Of a stretch of 64,000 nucleotides of DNA, positions 12,300-24,274 are shown one piece after another. Where the stretch lies: NCBI GenBank assembly GCA_951406725.2, contig OX597817.1:70680001-70744000 (forward strand). The letters run 5' to 3'. Each line of letters starts with the position of its first letter. Position 1 is the first letter of the stretch. The DNA is from Octopus vulgaris. Its lineage: Eukaryota. The position numbers and the translations under genes are program-made. Below the pieces are notes generated by a model. The model did no database searches. It saw only the letters and a list, made by a program, of their open reading frames with translations, and was not told where the DNA came from.

Positions 12300-13165
12300 T
12301 CAGATGAATTGTATATCATCCATCTGCTTCGATACTCTTGCTCTTATTAACATCTCTAACAGGTAAGAAAGGCCATTGTTGATAGTGAAGTGGACGATAT
12401 TCAAATGATCATCGAAATGATGTAGAACCCATACAAAATCAATTTGACATTCTGCTGTCAGAAAAAAAAAATCGCTAACAGTCTGTAAATTGAAATCAAA
12501 CAAAAGACAAATGAGAGAAACCGAAAGATTATTTTATATATCTTTTTATTTTTATTTATCTTTTGAGAACCAGTCAAGTGGTGAAGCCAGACAAAAAAAG
12601 ATCCTGACGAATATGCAGAATCATTGCTTCAGAAATTTTGTTTTTTCTTTTTCATTCTTTTTGTATAACACTGTCAATTCTATCATTCATGGTCAAAGAA
12701 AAAGATATGAAGCTGCAGAGAAAATTCTTATGGCAATCTATATCGGAAAAATCTTTTGACCACAAAGTGTATATTATTTGGAGAAATTAGCAATGCTGAT
12801 ATATAAATGACAAAGAACTGTCAACTGAATTAATCTACATGAAAAATTTGATACACCGTGGCAACTTCGAGAATTTGCAACTAAAACCCATGGATTTATT
12901 CAACAAAATACACAAGTTGGAAAACATAGTTCCACATCTCTGTGAATCACTCCGAATTCCTGACGATGTCTGTATAACAGTCGTCTGGATAAAACATGCA
13001 TTTCCATAAGCTTAAACTAGTAAACAACTATCTCAGAACAAACAGGTCACAAGGTCGTCTGGTGGCCTCAGTTCGAATCAGCAATGAATCGTAACGCAAT
13101 CGAAATATTGATTTCAGTCACGTCGTAGAAAGTTTTGCACACAAGAAGGCATGCAAAGCACTTAT
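12300..13165 (+). pseudogene. hAT transposase C-terminal remnant (dimerisation domain)
   Basis: Frameshifted translation DINDKELSTEL..KPMDLFNKI..FLTMSV..KLKLVNNYLRTNRSQGRL..IDFSHVVESFAHKK. Confidence 0.75.
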
Positions 13166-13238
13166 ACACAAAAATATAAACCACTTTTGTAATAAATAGA
13201 TAGATAAAATTGCGCAGAATTTTTTTTAGCATATATAG

Positions 13239-13292
<54 letters not shown>

Positions 13293-13559
13293 ATGGATGG
13301 ATAGACGAAAAGAGAGAGAGAGAAATAGGCATATAGATAGTTAAATACATGCAAAGATAGATAGACAGAGATACGGTGACGAATACGTGTTTAGAGATAA
13401 TTAGATACAGGGATAAATTGATATGAGGAGATAACTCGATAGAGTAGTAGAAAACGATGCTCTGTTAATCTATATAATACCGTAGGAACGGTAGAAAATA
13501 TGGAGGCAGAGACCTGGAAAAAAAAAAGAACATGAGTATTCCACTCAAATAGAAAATAA

Positions 13560-14530
13560 CTATTTCAAACATAGGCCCAGGAGCAGATATTTAAGAAGAG
13601 GTAATAGTCGATTACATGGCATTCCTTCGATATTAGTCGACGACGTCATTCAGCCATACAGCCATGACATAGAAAAAGAAGCTATGCCAATATCGAAGGA
13701 GTGCCGATTACATCTAAATTAACTCCAGAACTTCACTGATATTTCATTTTGCCAGCAAGAAGGATGAACCGCAAAGCTGCTCCCTGGCAGGATTCAAGCT
13801 CAGAACATGAAGAGGCGGAATTGATATCACACAGCAATTTGTCCAATGCTCTACATTCAAACGATTCTGCCTATCACACGCTTAAAAGTAGTAAAGAATA
13901 ATGGTCTGTATAATACGCACAAGGCCCGTCATTTAGAGGGGAGGAGGTTAGTCGATACCATAGGCCACAGGATACGACTGGTACCTTATTTTATCGATCA
14001 CGATAGGTTGAAACGCAAAAACTGGTCCCGCTGAGGATTGAACACAGAACGCCAAAGGATCGGAAGAAATTCAGATGTTCAAACCCATCTGCCAATCAAC
14101 CGCACTCGCGTACAAAAATAATGGTTTCAAATTTTGGCACGAGGTCAGCAACTTTAGGTGGTGGGATAAGTGATTACGTCGACCCTAGTGCTAAACTGGT
14201 ATTATATTGATCTCCAAAAGGATGAAAGGCAAAGTCAACTTCAGCGGAATTTAAACTCAGAACGTAAAGAAATGCCGCAAACCAGTTTTCCGATTCTGCC
14301 CGCACGCCGCCTTGAAAGAAGTAATCCTTTTTACTATAGGCACAAGGTCTGAAATTTTAGGGGAGATGACTAGTTGATTAAATTAGCCCAAGTGCTTCAC
14401 TATTAGTTAATTAATCGACTCCGAAAAGATAAAAGGTAAAGCCAACCTCGAATTTGAACTCAGAATCAGAAGTAGTGTCGCAAAGCAGTTTTTCCGAGAC
14501 GCTGACGATTCTGCCAGCTCGCCGACTTAA
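13560..14530 (-). mobile_element. Cluster of four co-oriented decayed Nin-like SINE copies
   Basis: Repeated GGCACAAGG..TCGATTA..AAAGGATGAAAGGCAAAG..GAACTCAGAAC-type units starting near 13570, 13915, 14130 and 14335. Confidence 0.7.
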
Positions 14531-15114
14531 ATTGGAAATTAATGTTAACATTATTCGCTTTATTTGGCAAAAATGCAAGCCAGATTGAGAAAAGTCGGAA
14601 GACACTAGTAAAAAATATCTACAGCGAAACATCAAATAAGAAAGCAGAAAATCCAGTAACAACTATAACAAAAATTATTATCATTTATTTTTACAGATCA
14701 AAGGGCCAACAAAAGTAATAATGATAACATTAATAATAATCAGGTTTTTAAATTTCTTTATCTTCAACAATAACAACAGAATATGTTTAAACACCGAAAA
14801 GATATCTTTCTGGTATACAAATGTAAGTCCGTCAATGAAAAGCATGTGATATGCAAAGCGACGATATGTTGTTCCAATGGTAGTATGTCTGTCATGTTTA
14901 CAGATGTAGGTTCGAGACCCATGGGCAGCCTTTGACTTTTTGCATCCAAAGTGGGGTTTTTTTACCCAATTTTTACACGCTATTGTCTATAGTTTAATCT
15001 AATTTCAGTTCAACCATTATTTCACGTCCCCCCGAAGTTTTTAAAATTTTATATCTAAAGGCGGTAGTCTGTTGACTAAAACAAGTAAAAGAATATACAT
15101 CGTTGCAGCAAGAC

Positions 15115-15525
15115 TTTATATATTTTTTCTACACTAATACATATTTTCGGCTACGGAGAAAACGAATCTGCAAAAAAAATTGGCAAAAATCGGCATTTTG
15201 AAATTAACCCCACCCCCACCCCCTCCACCAGTCTTCATTTTCAATTTTTTTTCAGAATCTTTTTTCAAAAAATGCGGAAAAATACAGAGATTATGATTCT
15301 GAAAAAAATTTCAAAAATTTCTCTACTTAGGGTTAGGGTGTTAGGGTTAGGGTTTTAGGGTTAGGATTAGGGTTGGGGTTTAGGGTTAGGGTTACAGAAA
15401 AAAGTGTAAAATGAAGAAATTGGGGGAAGGGGTAAGGGGGCGCAAATAATTTCAAAATTTCGATTTTTGGCAATTTTCTGGAATCTCCATATCCGAAAAC
15501 GTGGGTTTTGGCTAAAAAAATATAA
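15115..15525. mobile_element. MITE-like element with inverted arms enclosing degenerate (TTAGGG)n
   Basis: TTTTCGGCTACGGAGA..GGCAAAAATCG..TTTTGAAATTA mirrored at 15447-15525; TTAGGG-like run at 15327-15393. Confidence 0.6.
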
Positions 15526-15563
15526 TAATAATTTGCGAGAAAATGGGGGGGGGGGGGGCTTTC

Positions 15564-15956
15564 CATCCTTGCTGTTATGTTAAAATGTCATATGTCCAAA
15601 TCTGGCGAAATGCGTTTTTTTTTCAATATTTAATTTTGCTTGCAATAAGCCAGTTCTTTTCGTTAAACTATCGTATCTCCAGCTGTTTCTGATGAAAATT
15701 ATCAAAGTATAGTACAACGGTTGAGCATTTTTCGAAAGTGTAGTAAGTCCCATATACGACAGTTTTGCAAAACTATTTCTGACCGAAAATATCATACATG
15801 CATGGAATTACGATTTTATGCGCCCAACAAAGTATTATTGTTAAGCTGAAACCGTTGCTAATGTACAAAGAAATAGAATAATGAAACCTTTTTTCTCCCG
15901 TTTTCTGAAAAAGCAGCGTTTTGGACTTACGACATTTTTGCATAATAGCAACGATA
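15564..15956. mobile_element. MITE with ~30-bp imperfect TIRs
   Basis: CATCCTTGCTGTTATGTTAAAATGTCATATGTCCAAA versus TTTGGACTTACGACATTTTTGCATAATAGCAACGAT. Confidence 0.6.
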
Positions 15957-15959
15957 TAT

Positions 15960-15963
15960 GTAC

Positions 15964-16008
<45 letters not shown>

Positions 16009-16093
16009 CGTACGTACGTACGTACGTACGTATGTATGTATGTATGTATGTATGTATGTATGCAGGCAGGCAGGCAGGCAGGCAGATAGATAG

Positions 16094-16124
<31 letters not shown>

Positions 16125-16145
16125 GATAAATAGATAGATAGATAA

Positions 16146-16227
<82 letters not shown>

Positions 16228-16230
16228 GTG
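15960..16230. repeat. Compound microsatellite (TA)/(TACG)/(TATG)/(CAGG)/(GATA)
   Basis: Direct reading. Confidence 0.95.
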
Positions 16231-17074
16231 TATGTGTATACACATAAATACATGTGTGTGTGTGTGCATATATATGTGTAAGAAAATATATGTATGTGTG
16301 TATGTATGTAAGTATTTATATAAGCACAAACACACACAAATATAAGTGTTTGTGTGTATACATATACATAATTACATACATACATATTGGGATCTTTTGC
16401 ATACACTTGAGATAAAGGTTTTCCTACATTCCTGAGACAGCAACTGATATTGGCACAAGACGTTTTGTCTCAGCTTATCTCTGGATCTTTTCATGAGGAT
16501 GGAGAAGGTTAATGAGCTGCTGTGCAAGCCTTATTGGACCTAAATTTTTGCACAGGCGTTGCTTTGTCAGTGATGGTCATATTCATCTACAAGTTAACTG
16601 CCATCATGTATGTATATATATATATATGTACACACACACACACACAGATATTTGACTTAACTGAGTCTGGAGCAAGGAGCAGTGACTAGTCTACACAGGC
16701 TCTCCAAGACCAGTGAGGCTCCTAGCACTCCTAGTACTGACTTTTCCACTACTCCCTCCCCTATGACCCCCTTACTCTAATTCACACCTTCTAGCATGCA
16801 TATCCCCCACTTTCAACCATTGCTGTGTTCTCACTTCTTCCATCTTCTCATCCAAGGTCATATTCTATGATTCACCTCTTTGGGTCATACTGTCATGATA
16901 GAACAAACACTACAGAACATAGCTGGGAGTGGGTAAGCCACACTGGGTTTTATGGAACAGCACTTTAGTGTTTATTGTATCAGCCTGTACAGTCTTTGGA
17001 ACATAGGGGACATATCAAGCAAAGTTAAGGGCTGCTTCAGGGAGCACATATTTTAGCTATACCATTGCATCAAC

Positions 17075-17442
17075 AGAACCTAACCAGTGCTGTTACCCAC
17101 AATAAAATGCACCCAGTGCACTCTGTAAAGTATTTGGCTTGCAAGTACTGGCAATATAGTGTTGGGAGTACTCTAAAATCATACCAAAGACATGACAACC
17201 TTTCTCATGTAGGTGCTCCTAAAAAAATCTATCCAGTACACCCAGGAAAATGGCTGATACCAGGAAGGACACCCAGCTGTAGAAACCATGCTAAAAATGG
17301 AAATGCATGAAAGAAATATGCACCTCAATCTGTCTATGAGGATAGTAATTACAAATAAAACTAACTTGGACAAGACCATGGAAATTTAACCAACCCATGC
17401 CAGCAAGAAAAAGCTGATATAAAATGACGATGATGATGATGA
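17075..17442 (+). mobile_element. Decayed SINE-like repeat with (TGA)n tail
   Basis: CACCCAGTGCACTCTGTAAAG..CCAGCTGTAGAAACCATGC..CCAACCCATGCCAGCA..(GAT)n; family also at 20860-21010 (-), 33744, 34540 and 40490. Confidence 0.6.
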
Positions 17443-18015
17443 TATTTGTACATATAGAATATATCTGTATGAATAGACATATATTTGTATGTATAGAAAC
17501 AGCTTTCCTTCCAAATTATGTTATACTGAATAAACAGCTGTGTTTGAGTAAAATTTATCTTATTAATGATTTTATTTTATATTTTCATATTAGTCCTTTT
17601 ATGTGTAGTCACATATCTTCAATATGACACACATCCATATACACACATAGTGTACGCATGTGTGTATATGGCAGGGTGTGTATGAATGTAAATATAATGC
17701 CCTGCGGAATAAGTACATCATATTTCTGCATTATAAGTGGAAGCTGAGTGGGTCAGCATCAGGAAGAGAACCAAGTCAAAATACACTGCGTACACTATCT
17801 CACCACCAAAAAAGAAATGCATGCACACACCTCCCCATGAATACACTCCTATATGTGAACATTTCCCGCACCCTCTCCCTTCTGGGATCCTCATAGAATC
17901 ACCTCCTCGCTTGGCTCCCAACACCCTCATTTTTTTTTTCTTCTCAGCTACATTTTCTCATTCACTTTCCTACATTACTTTTCTTTACCAACTTCCTTCT
18001 AATGAAAGACTAGTG

Positions 18016-18318
18016 CAGGGGTTCCCAAACTTTTCAGGCTACTGCCCCACTTTGGCACCCAGGCCACATCCCCAGTGCCCCTACACACACACACATCAAA
18101 CTCATTACCACAAACATAGACCTCTTTCTGCAGCAAATTCAAAACAAATATTTGTATTTCACAAATAAAATCTAAACCTAATTAAAAATATAATTTTTTT
18201 TCTTTTACATCTATCACCCCATTTTGGCCACTTCAATATCATCTCACTTTTCTTGAGCGCCCCACTGGATCTTTCCACCACTCCCGGAGGGCAATATCAC
18301 CCACTTTGGGAACCTCTG
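18016..18318. mobile_element. hAT (Charlie-type) MITE with perfect 8-bp TSD
   Basis: TIR CAGGGGTTCCCAAA / TTTGGGAACCTCTG; TSD GACTAGTG at 18008-18015 and 18319-18326. Confidence 0.92.
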
Positions 18319-18842
18319 GACTAGTGTCTGAAATGTCAAAACAGTTTCTTGTAAACTATCATATTTGATGGCATATAAGAGGCACTGTTTTCCCCAAAAC
18401 ATGTCTCAAAAGCAATCACCTGATCCTAAATGTTAAGTTAGACCTATATTACATGCTTTAATGTAGTAAAAAAATTTTCCCTGTATATTACATGTAATAT
18501 TCTTTTATATACCTAGGCCTATTCCCCATTTTTTTTCTTAGGAGTGGGTAACCACAACAAGACACACACTAGGCATTACATTCATTTCCCAGCTGGGTAT
18601 GACTATAAACTACATCCAGTAGTGGGACCCTGGTTTCAGGGTTTGAGGACTGTAGAACCACCTCTTAGCCACTATTGTTCCCAGGTCTGCTCTCGCCCAG
18701 AGTGGTAGCACCTGTAAGAATCCCAGCTATGGGTTAACTAGCAAACCCCCCTGCAACTGGGGGCAGGGGGAATCGGTAGAATGTAGTCACCGTATTCCCT
18801 GTGTGGCATAAGAGGCAACTAAAAGGGGCAGGAGCAAGGGGG

Positions 18843-19066
18843 CTGGGAATCTTCTCCTCCTAGTAATGCTATATTCCTAGAAAGATGGTACACTAGCATA
18901 TTCCCTGTATATGCACAACTGAAATTGGGATGTATCATCTAATACACCTATGTGTCTTTTATGACATCGAATATAGTAATGCAAGTTTTGCTAAACTTAG
19001 CCCTCTCAAATTGTTTTCTTCCTTTTGTGTTAATTGCTTTACCTACGATATATATGTATGTATGCA

Positions 19067-19102
<36 letters not shown>

Positions 19103-19351
19103 AGGCTTTGCTGGGTATCTTCTCCTCCTAGTAATGCTATATTCCTAGTAATGCTATATTCCTAGAAAGATGGTACACTAGCATATTCCCTGTATATGCA
19201 CAACTGAAATTGGGATGTATCATCTAATACGCCTGTGTGTCTTTTATGACATCAAATATAGTAATGCAAGTTTTGCTAAACTTAGCCCTCTCATATTGTT
19301 TTCTTCCTTTTGTGTTCATTGCTTTACCTACGATATATATGTAGGTATGCA

Positions 19352-19395
<44 letters not shown>

Positions 19396-19403
19396 AGGCT
19401 TTG
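18843..19403. repeat. ~270-290-bp tandem duplication
   Basis: 18843-19111 repeated at 19110-19403; second copy has an extra 17-bp internal duplication. Confidence 0.9.
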
Positions 19404-20849
19404 CAAAAATCCTGTTATACGCATTACAACATTCTCAACAAAGGACACAATGATAGTTTTGATGCAGTTAGATACATTTTGTTTTAACATATAAATATGT
19501 GTTTAAATATTAATATCAAATAAGGCGGCAAGCTGGCAAAAATGTTAGCATGCCAGGCAAAATGCTTAGCAGTATTTCATCTGTCATTACATTCTGAGTT
19601 CCACCGAGGTCGACTTTGCCTTTCATCCTTTCAGGGTCGATAAATTAAGAACCAGTTGTGTGCTGGGGTCAATCTAATCAAATAGCCCCCTCCCCTAAAA
19701 TTTCAGGCCTTATGCCTAGAGTAGAAAAGAATATTAATATTAATCAATGTGGCTGCCTTCGGTGGCAAGCACATGCACCAGGCGAGTCCTGAAGGCCATG
19801 TGCGCATTGTGGATGAAGTTCTTCCTCATTCTGGCGTTGATGGAGGACTTCAGCTGATTGATGTTTCTGTGTACCCACATGCTGTAGTCGGGTGGGGGGG
19901 TTAACGTCAGGCAACAGCAGCAGTCAAAAGTCCTTCAACCAAAAGTTCATGTCGAACTTCAACCACTCTTGCACAGCCTTGGCCATGTAGACTGGGACAC
20001 TGTTGTACTGAGAGACATATTGCACCTTGTCCATGATCTTTTTAACCAAGGGTAGGACTTTCATGACTAAGATGTCCCTGTAGTCAGCTGTGGTGAGCCT
20101 GTAACCAGCTGCAAACCACACTGGTGGCATCTTCTTACCATTTGAAACCACAATGCCAAGCACCATCATGGAAGCCAAATGCTTGGTCATGGACATATAA
20201 CAGATCTCGGAGACATCCTGGCTGAAGCTGACCGCACAGCTGTTCTTCTTGTTGATGACTAGATTGACCGCGAAGGATTTATTATCAGAAAAAACGAAAA
20301 TTCAATTACCATGACACTTCAAGTCATTGAGAAGGTAACGACAGCACTTCCAACATTGTTCTCGCATATGGTCAGTGAGCAGAGGCCTTTCTTCGTACTT
20401 CAAGCTCTTGCCACCCTCCTTTTTGATGGACTTGGATACTGTGGCCTCCGAGATATTGTTCTTCATGAGCACAGTCATTTTGAGCTTTGGATCACTTTCA
20501 AAGGACTTTCTCGCAGCCAAACGGCTGACAATTTGAGGTCTGCCTGATCGAGGTCCATCTTTGAGGTCTTTCCCATTTTTGAGCCTCTCTGCAACTTTGT
20601 GGACAGTCATCTGGCTGACATTAAGCCACTTGGTGATGTTGGACTTGTTGTGGCCTGTGCACAGGAGAAAAGAGATCTCGATTCTTTTCGCTTATATCTC
20701 CATACACCTGCACACAATGGTAAAGACATTTTAATGACATATGCTGCAAAAGTACAACTTCCAGTATGTTTCACAGCACTTTTTTTATTACACAGATTAA
20801 CCTCTCAAAAGATCAAAACCAAGTGTAACAGGACTTTTGCAAAGCCTGG
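19394..20849 (-). mobile_element. Tc1/mariner-superfamily transposon, DD37D (maT)-like, decayed, both TIRs present
   Basis: TA|CCAGGCTTTGCAAAAATCCTGTTA ... TAACAGGACTTTTGCAAAGCCTGG|TA; transposase from ATG at 20703: DLKDGPRSGRP, VFSDNKSFAV, KHLASMMVLGIVVSNGKKMPPVWF, PDVNPPDYSMW. Confidence 0.9.
19522..19730 (+). mobile_element. Nin-like SINE nested in the DD37D-like transposon
   Basis: Same family as 10112 with CpG decay; AATATTAATAT on both sides. Confidence 0.8.
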
Positions 20850-21392
20850 TATATGTATCATCATCATCATTTAATGTCCACTTTCCATGCTGGTATGGGT
20901 TAGATGGTTTGACTAGATCTGGTAAACTGGAGGGCTGCACCAGATTCCAGTCTGTTTTGGTTTCTACAGCTGGATGCCCTTCCTAACACCAACCAATCCA
21001 AGTGTGTAATGGATGCTACATAGTTTATTCTACTAGTTTCCTGCTCTCCCAAGTATACATATGAGGCACTGAACCATAGAAAGGTAACTGGTTCACATAA
21101 CGAGCCTGAGTGACACATATCTGAAAGCACCAAATCTCCTCCAAGTCCTGTATGCCTTAACTATAGAACCATCTCCCACAACTGTCTCCTCTGTCTGCTC
21201 TAGGTCAGGGCAGAATTAGAAGTAGTTGTAACAATAGGTTAAATCTATACTCCCCAAAACACTGCATGCAGTTGTGAAGCTCCTGCTTGGCATCAATAAT
21301 ATATACGTATGTATTTATGCATATATGTGTGTGTATATATTTATACATACATATATATAAAATATATATATGTATGTATATATGTATATATA

Positions 21393-21705
21393 TGGAGGCG
21401 CAATAGCCCAGTGGTTAGGGCAGCGGACTCGCGGTTGCAGGATCGCAGTTTAGATTCCCAGACCGGGCGTTGTGAGTGTTTATTGAGCGAAAACACCTAA
21501 AGCACCACAAGGCTCTGGCAGGGGGTGGTGGCGACCCCTGCTGTACTCTTTCTCCACAACCTTCTCTCACTCTTTCTTTTGTTGGCCTGCTCGCTTAGCC
21601 AGCAAGGTGGCGTCATTTGAAGGCTAAAACAATGCGAAGCGCATTGTGACCAGCGATATGTAGCAACATCTGATAGCCTGGTTGGTCACAGTGATCACAG
21701 TGATA
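21393..21705 (+). mobile_element. tRNA-derived SINE with the 3420 head and an RTE-like tail
   Basis: First ~170 nt match 3420-3590; ends GATAGCCTGG..TCACAGTGA-TCACAGTGA-TA. Confidence 0.85.
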
Positions 21706-22311
21706 TATAAAATATATGCATAATACTAGAATTGTTTCATCACCACTTTACCAGCAAATACTTGTTAAAATATTATACACCATATCAAATAGATTTAAAA
21801 TATTACATTGCATCAGTATTATCACTTCAAGCTGAAGCATTGGTGTAACCATGACATTCTGGTGATCTGATGAGCTAGCTTTCTTTATTGACACTGATTT
21901 GTAAATACAGAATTGCATTACAATGTATAGCATGCATATTAGCACAGACGTGTAAATATAATTTATTATATATCACAATTATTATTACATGATGAAGGCT
22001 GCAAAACAGCTGTAGTCCTAAGGATGACAAGTGGTTAACTAAATATATTCACCTCTCATATTTCCTGACATGTTATGGTTGAGAGACAGACAGACAGATA
22101 AAGATATATAAGTATAGATTGCTTAAATAGTATACAGATTTTATATATTAAGAAAAAGGAGGTAGTCTGACTATCTCCTTTTTCTTTATATATATATATA
22201 TATATATATAAACAAGTAAGTACATAAATGCAAAACAAGGTGGAAAAAAGAGTACTTGAATACCAAAGACAGAGTAATATGCTTTTATTAAAAGCTGCAA
22301 AGTCTTCACAA

Positions 22312-22351
22312 ACTGTTACTCAGAGTTTCATGTTACAATTCATCAGACAGC
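22312..22351 (-). ncRNA. Putative minimal type I hammerhead ribozyme
   Basis: GCTGT-CTGATGA-ATTGTAACAT-GAA-ACTC-T-GAGT-A-ACAGT; stem II weak; decayed inverted partner at 22369-22412. Confidence 0.55.
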
Positions 22352-22412
22352 TGTGATTATAACGTATGATCACAACTGTCCAACGAACAGTAATGTGAAA
22401 TTCTAAGTAACA

Positions 22413-22795
22413 TAGGCACAGGAGTGGCTGTGTGGTAAATACCTTGCTTACCAACCACAAGGTTCAGTCCTACTTCATGGCACCTCGGGCAAGTGCCTTC
22501 TACTATAGCCTAGGGCTGACCAAAGCCTTATGAGTGGATCTGGTAGACAAAACTTAAAGAAGCCCATCGTATATGTGTATATATATATGTATGTATGTAT
22601 GTGCATATATTTGTGTGTCTGTGTTTGTCTCCACAACATCGCTTGACAATCAATGCTGGTGTGTTTATGTCTCCATAACTTAGTGGTTCAGCAAAAGAGA
22701 CAGATAAAATAAGTACTAGGCTTACAGTTTGCTTGATTAGAAGTGGTGCTCCAGCATAGCCACAGTCAAATGACTGAGACAAGTAAAAAAATAAA
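22413..22795 (+). mobile_element. tRNA-derived SINE (4883 family)
   Basis: TAGGCACAGGAGTGGCTGTGTGG head to GGTGCTCCAGCATAGCCACAGTCAAATGACTGA tail. Confidence 0.85.
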
Positions 22796-22889
22796 GGAGT
22801 CTGTGATGATTTTTTCAGCTTTGATATATAATGTATACGTTATACATATACATTATACATACATATATATATATCAGTATGCGTATATG

Positions 22890-23120
22890 ACGAAGTGCAA
22901 ATGTGTTGAGAGAACAATTGGGCATAAGATGAGTAGACTATACAGGTATGTTCATGAGATGCAGGTGGATGATAACTGCTTTATAAAGGAGTGTGGATCA
23001 TTTAAAATGGCTGGAACATGTGGAAGAGGGAGATCCAGGAGGTCATAGGAAGAAGTAATGAAAACTGATCTCAAGATTTTGGGCCACATGGTGGAGATGA
23101 CACAGAATGAAGATGATAGG
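22890..23120 (+). mobile_element. RTE LINE 3' coding remnant
   Basis: RLYRYVHEM..GTCGRGRSRRS*EEVMKTDLK. Confidence 0.6.
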
Positions 23121-23149
23121 CTTGGTAAGACCTCTTCATTGCAGAGAAA

Positions 23150-23804
23150 ATAACCAGATCCAGCTGATTTCTTTCAACATTTCCTAACCTAGGATGAGTG
23201 TTGGCTCATCGCTTTGAGTCAGATACAGAGAGACAATCCATGCAGTGGAAAACACTGCTCTGAAGGTCAAGGTCATTTCATCAGCAGGGAAGGTGACTGC
23301 CTCAGTTTTTTGGGATGCAAAAGACAATGCGTGCATTGACTATTTTCAAAAGGGCCACATCATCAATGGAGTACTATGCCAACTTACTGAGGCAGTTACA
23401 AAAGGCTAACAAGACGAAACGCTCAGGAAAACTAACGAAAGGGGTCGTCTTGTTTCATCATGACAATACTCCAGCACAAAAGTCCTTGGTTTCAATGGCT
23501 GATGTACGTGACTGTGGCTTTGAACTGGTTAATCATCCTCCCTAGTCTCCTGATTTGGCACCATCTGATTATCAATTGTACCCCAACGTGGAAAAACACT
23601 TGGCTGGGAACTAGTATTGCAGTGATGATGATGTCTTTTTGACCAACAGGATGAAAGCTTCTACACCAGTGGGATGCAAATATTGTAACATTGATGGAAG
23701 ACATATGTGGATCACATGGGGGACTGTGTTGAAAAATAGACCACATTTGGTCACATTCTATGAGAGTATCTTGGTTAGCCTATGAACTTTTCAGCCAACC
23801 GTCT
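23150..23804 (+). mobile_element. Mariner (DD34D) transposon 3' half with right TIR
   Basis: SAGKVTASVFWDAK, YYANLLRQL, VLFHHDNTPA, HPP*SPDLAPSDYQLYP; TIR AGCCTATGAACTTTTCAGCCAACC complements the TIR at 37820. Confidence 0.88.
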
Positions 23805-23849
23805 TATGTATGTGTAAATATACACACCCACATACGATATATATAATCT

Positions 23850-24170
23850 TTACAGCCACTACACATTCTTTATTTTCTATCCTTGTTTCTTTTTGTTCTC
23901 CTTTTCTGTGGAAGTGCATCGGCTTGAAACATTAAAGACTTTTTCACTTCCCAAGCATTAAACTAATACATCTGTTTGTTGTCTACATATATATATAGGG
24001 GGAGAATTCACAAAAAAAAAACAAAAGACAAAGACAGGTGGTGTAGACAACAAACAGACGTATTAGTATAACGCCCAAGAAGTGGAAAAGTCTTTAACGT
24101 TTTGAGCCTACACTCTTCCACAGAAAGAAACAAGGAGAGAAAATAAAGAATGTGTAGTGGTTAGCGATCT
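23850..24170. mobile_element. Inverted pair of a Penelope pseudo-LTR-like element with decayed hammerhead cores
   Basis: 23851-23987 is a near reverse complement of 24041-24165; both carry CTTT-CTGTGGA-[stem]-(G/A)AAAC(A/G)TT-AAAG. Confidence 0.6.
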
Positions 24171-24274
24171 ATCATGGCATATAGATATATAAATGTATGC
24201 ATGTGTGTGTGCATTTGTACATACATATGTATGTATGTATGTATGTATGTATACATATATGTATGTACATACAT

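Noticed and set aside
12304-12362. Apparent exon CAG|ATG..AG|GTAAGA
   Set aside because: It falls within the decayed hAT transposase remnant.
15327-15393. True telomere or chromosome fusion site
   Set aside because: Short, degenerate, single orientation and internal to an inverted-repeat element.
18760-18835. Structured GC-rich motif (CCCCTGTGTGGCATAAGAGGCAACTAAAAGGGG) as an HDV-like ribozyme
   Set aside because: I could not build the P1/P1.1/P3 nested pseudoknot by eye.
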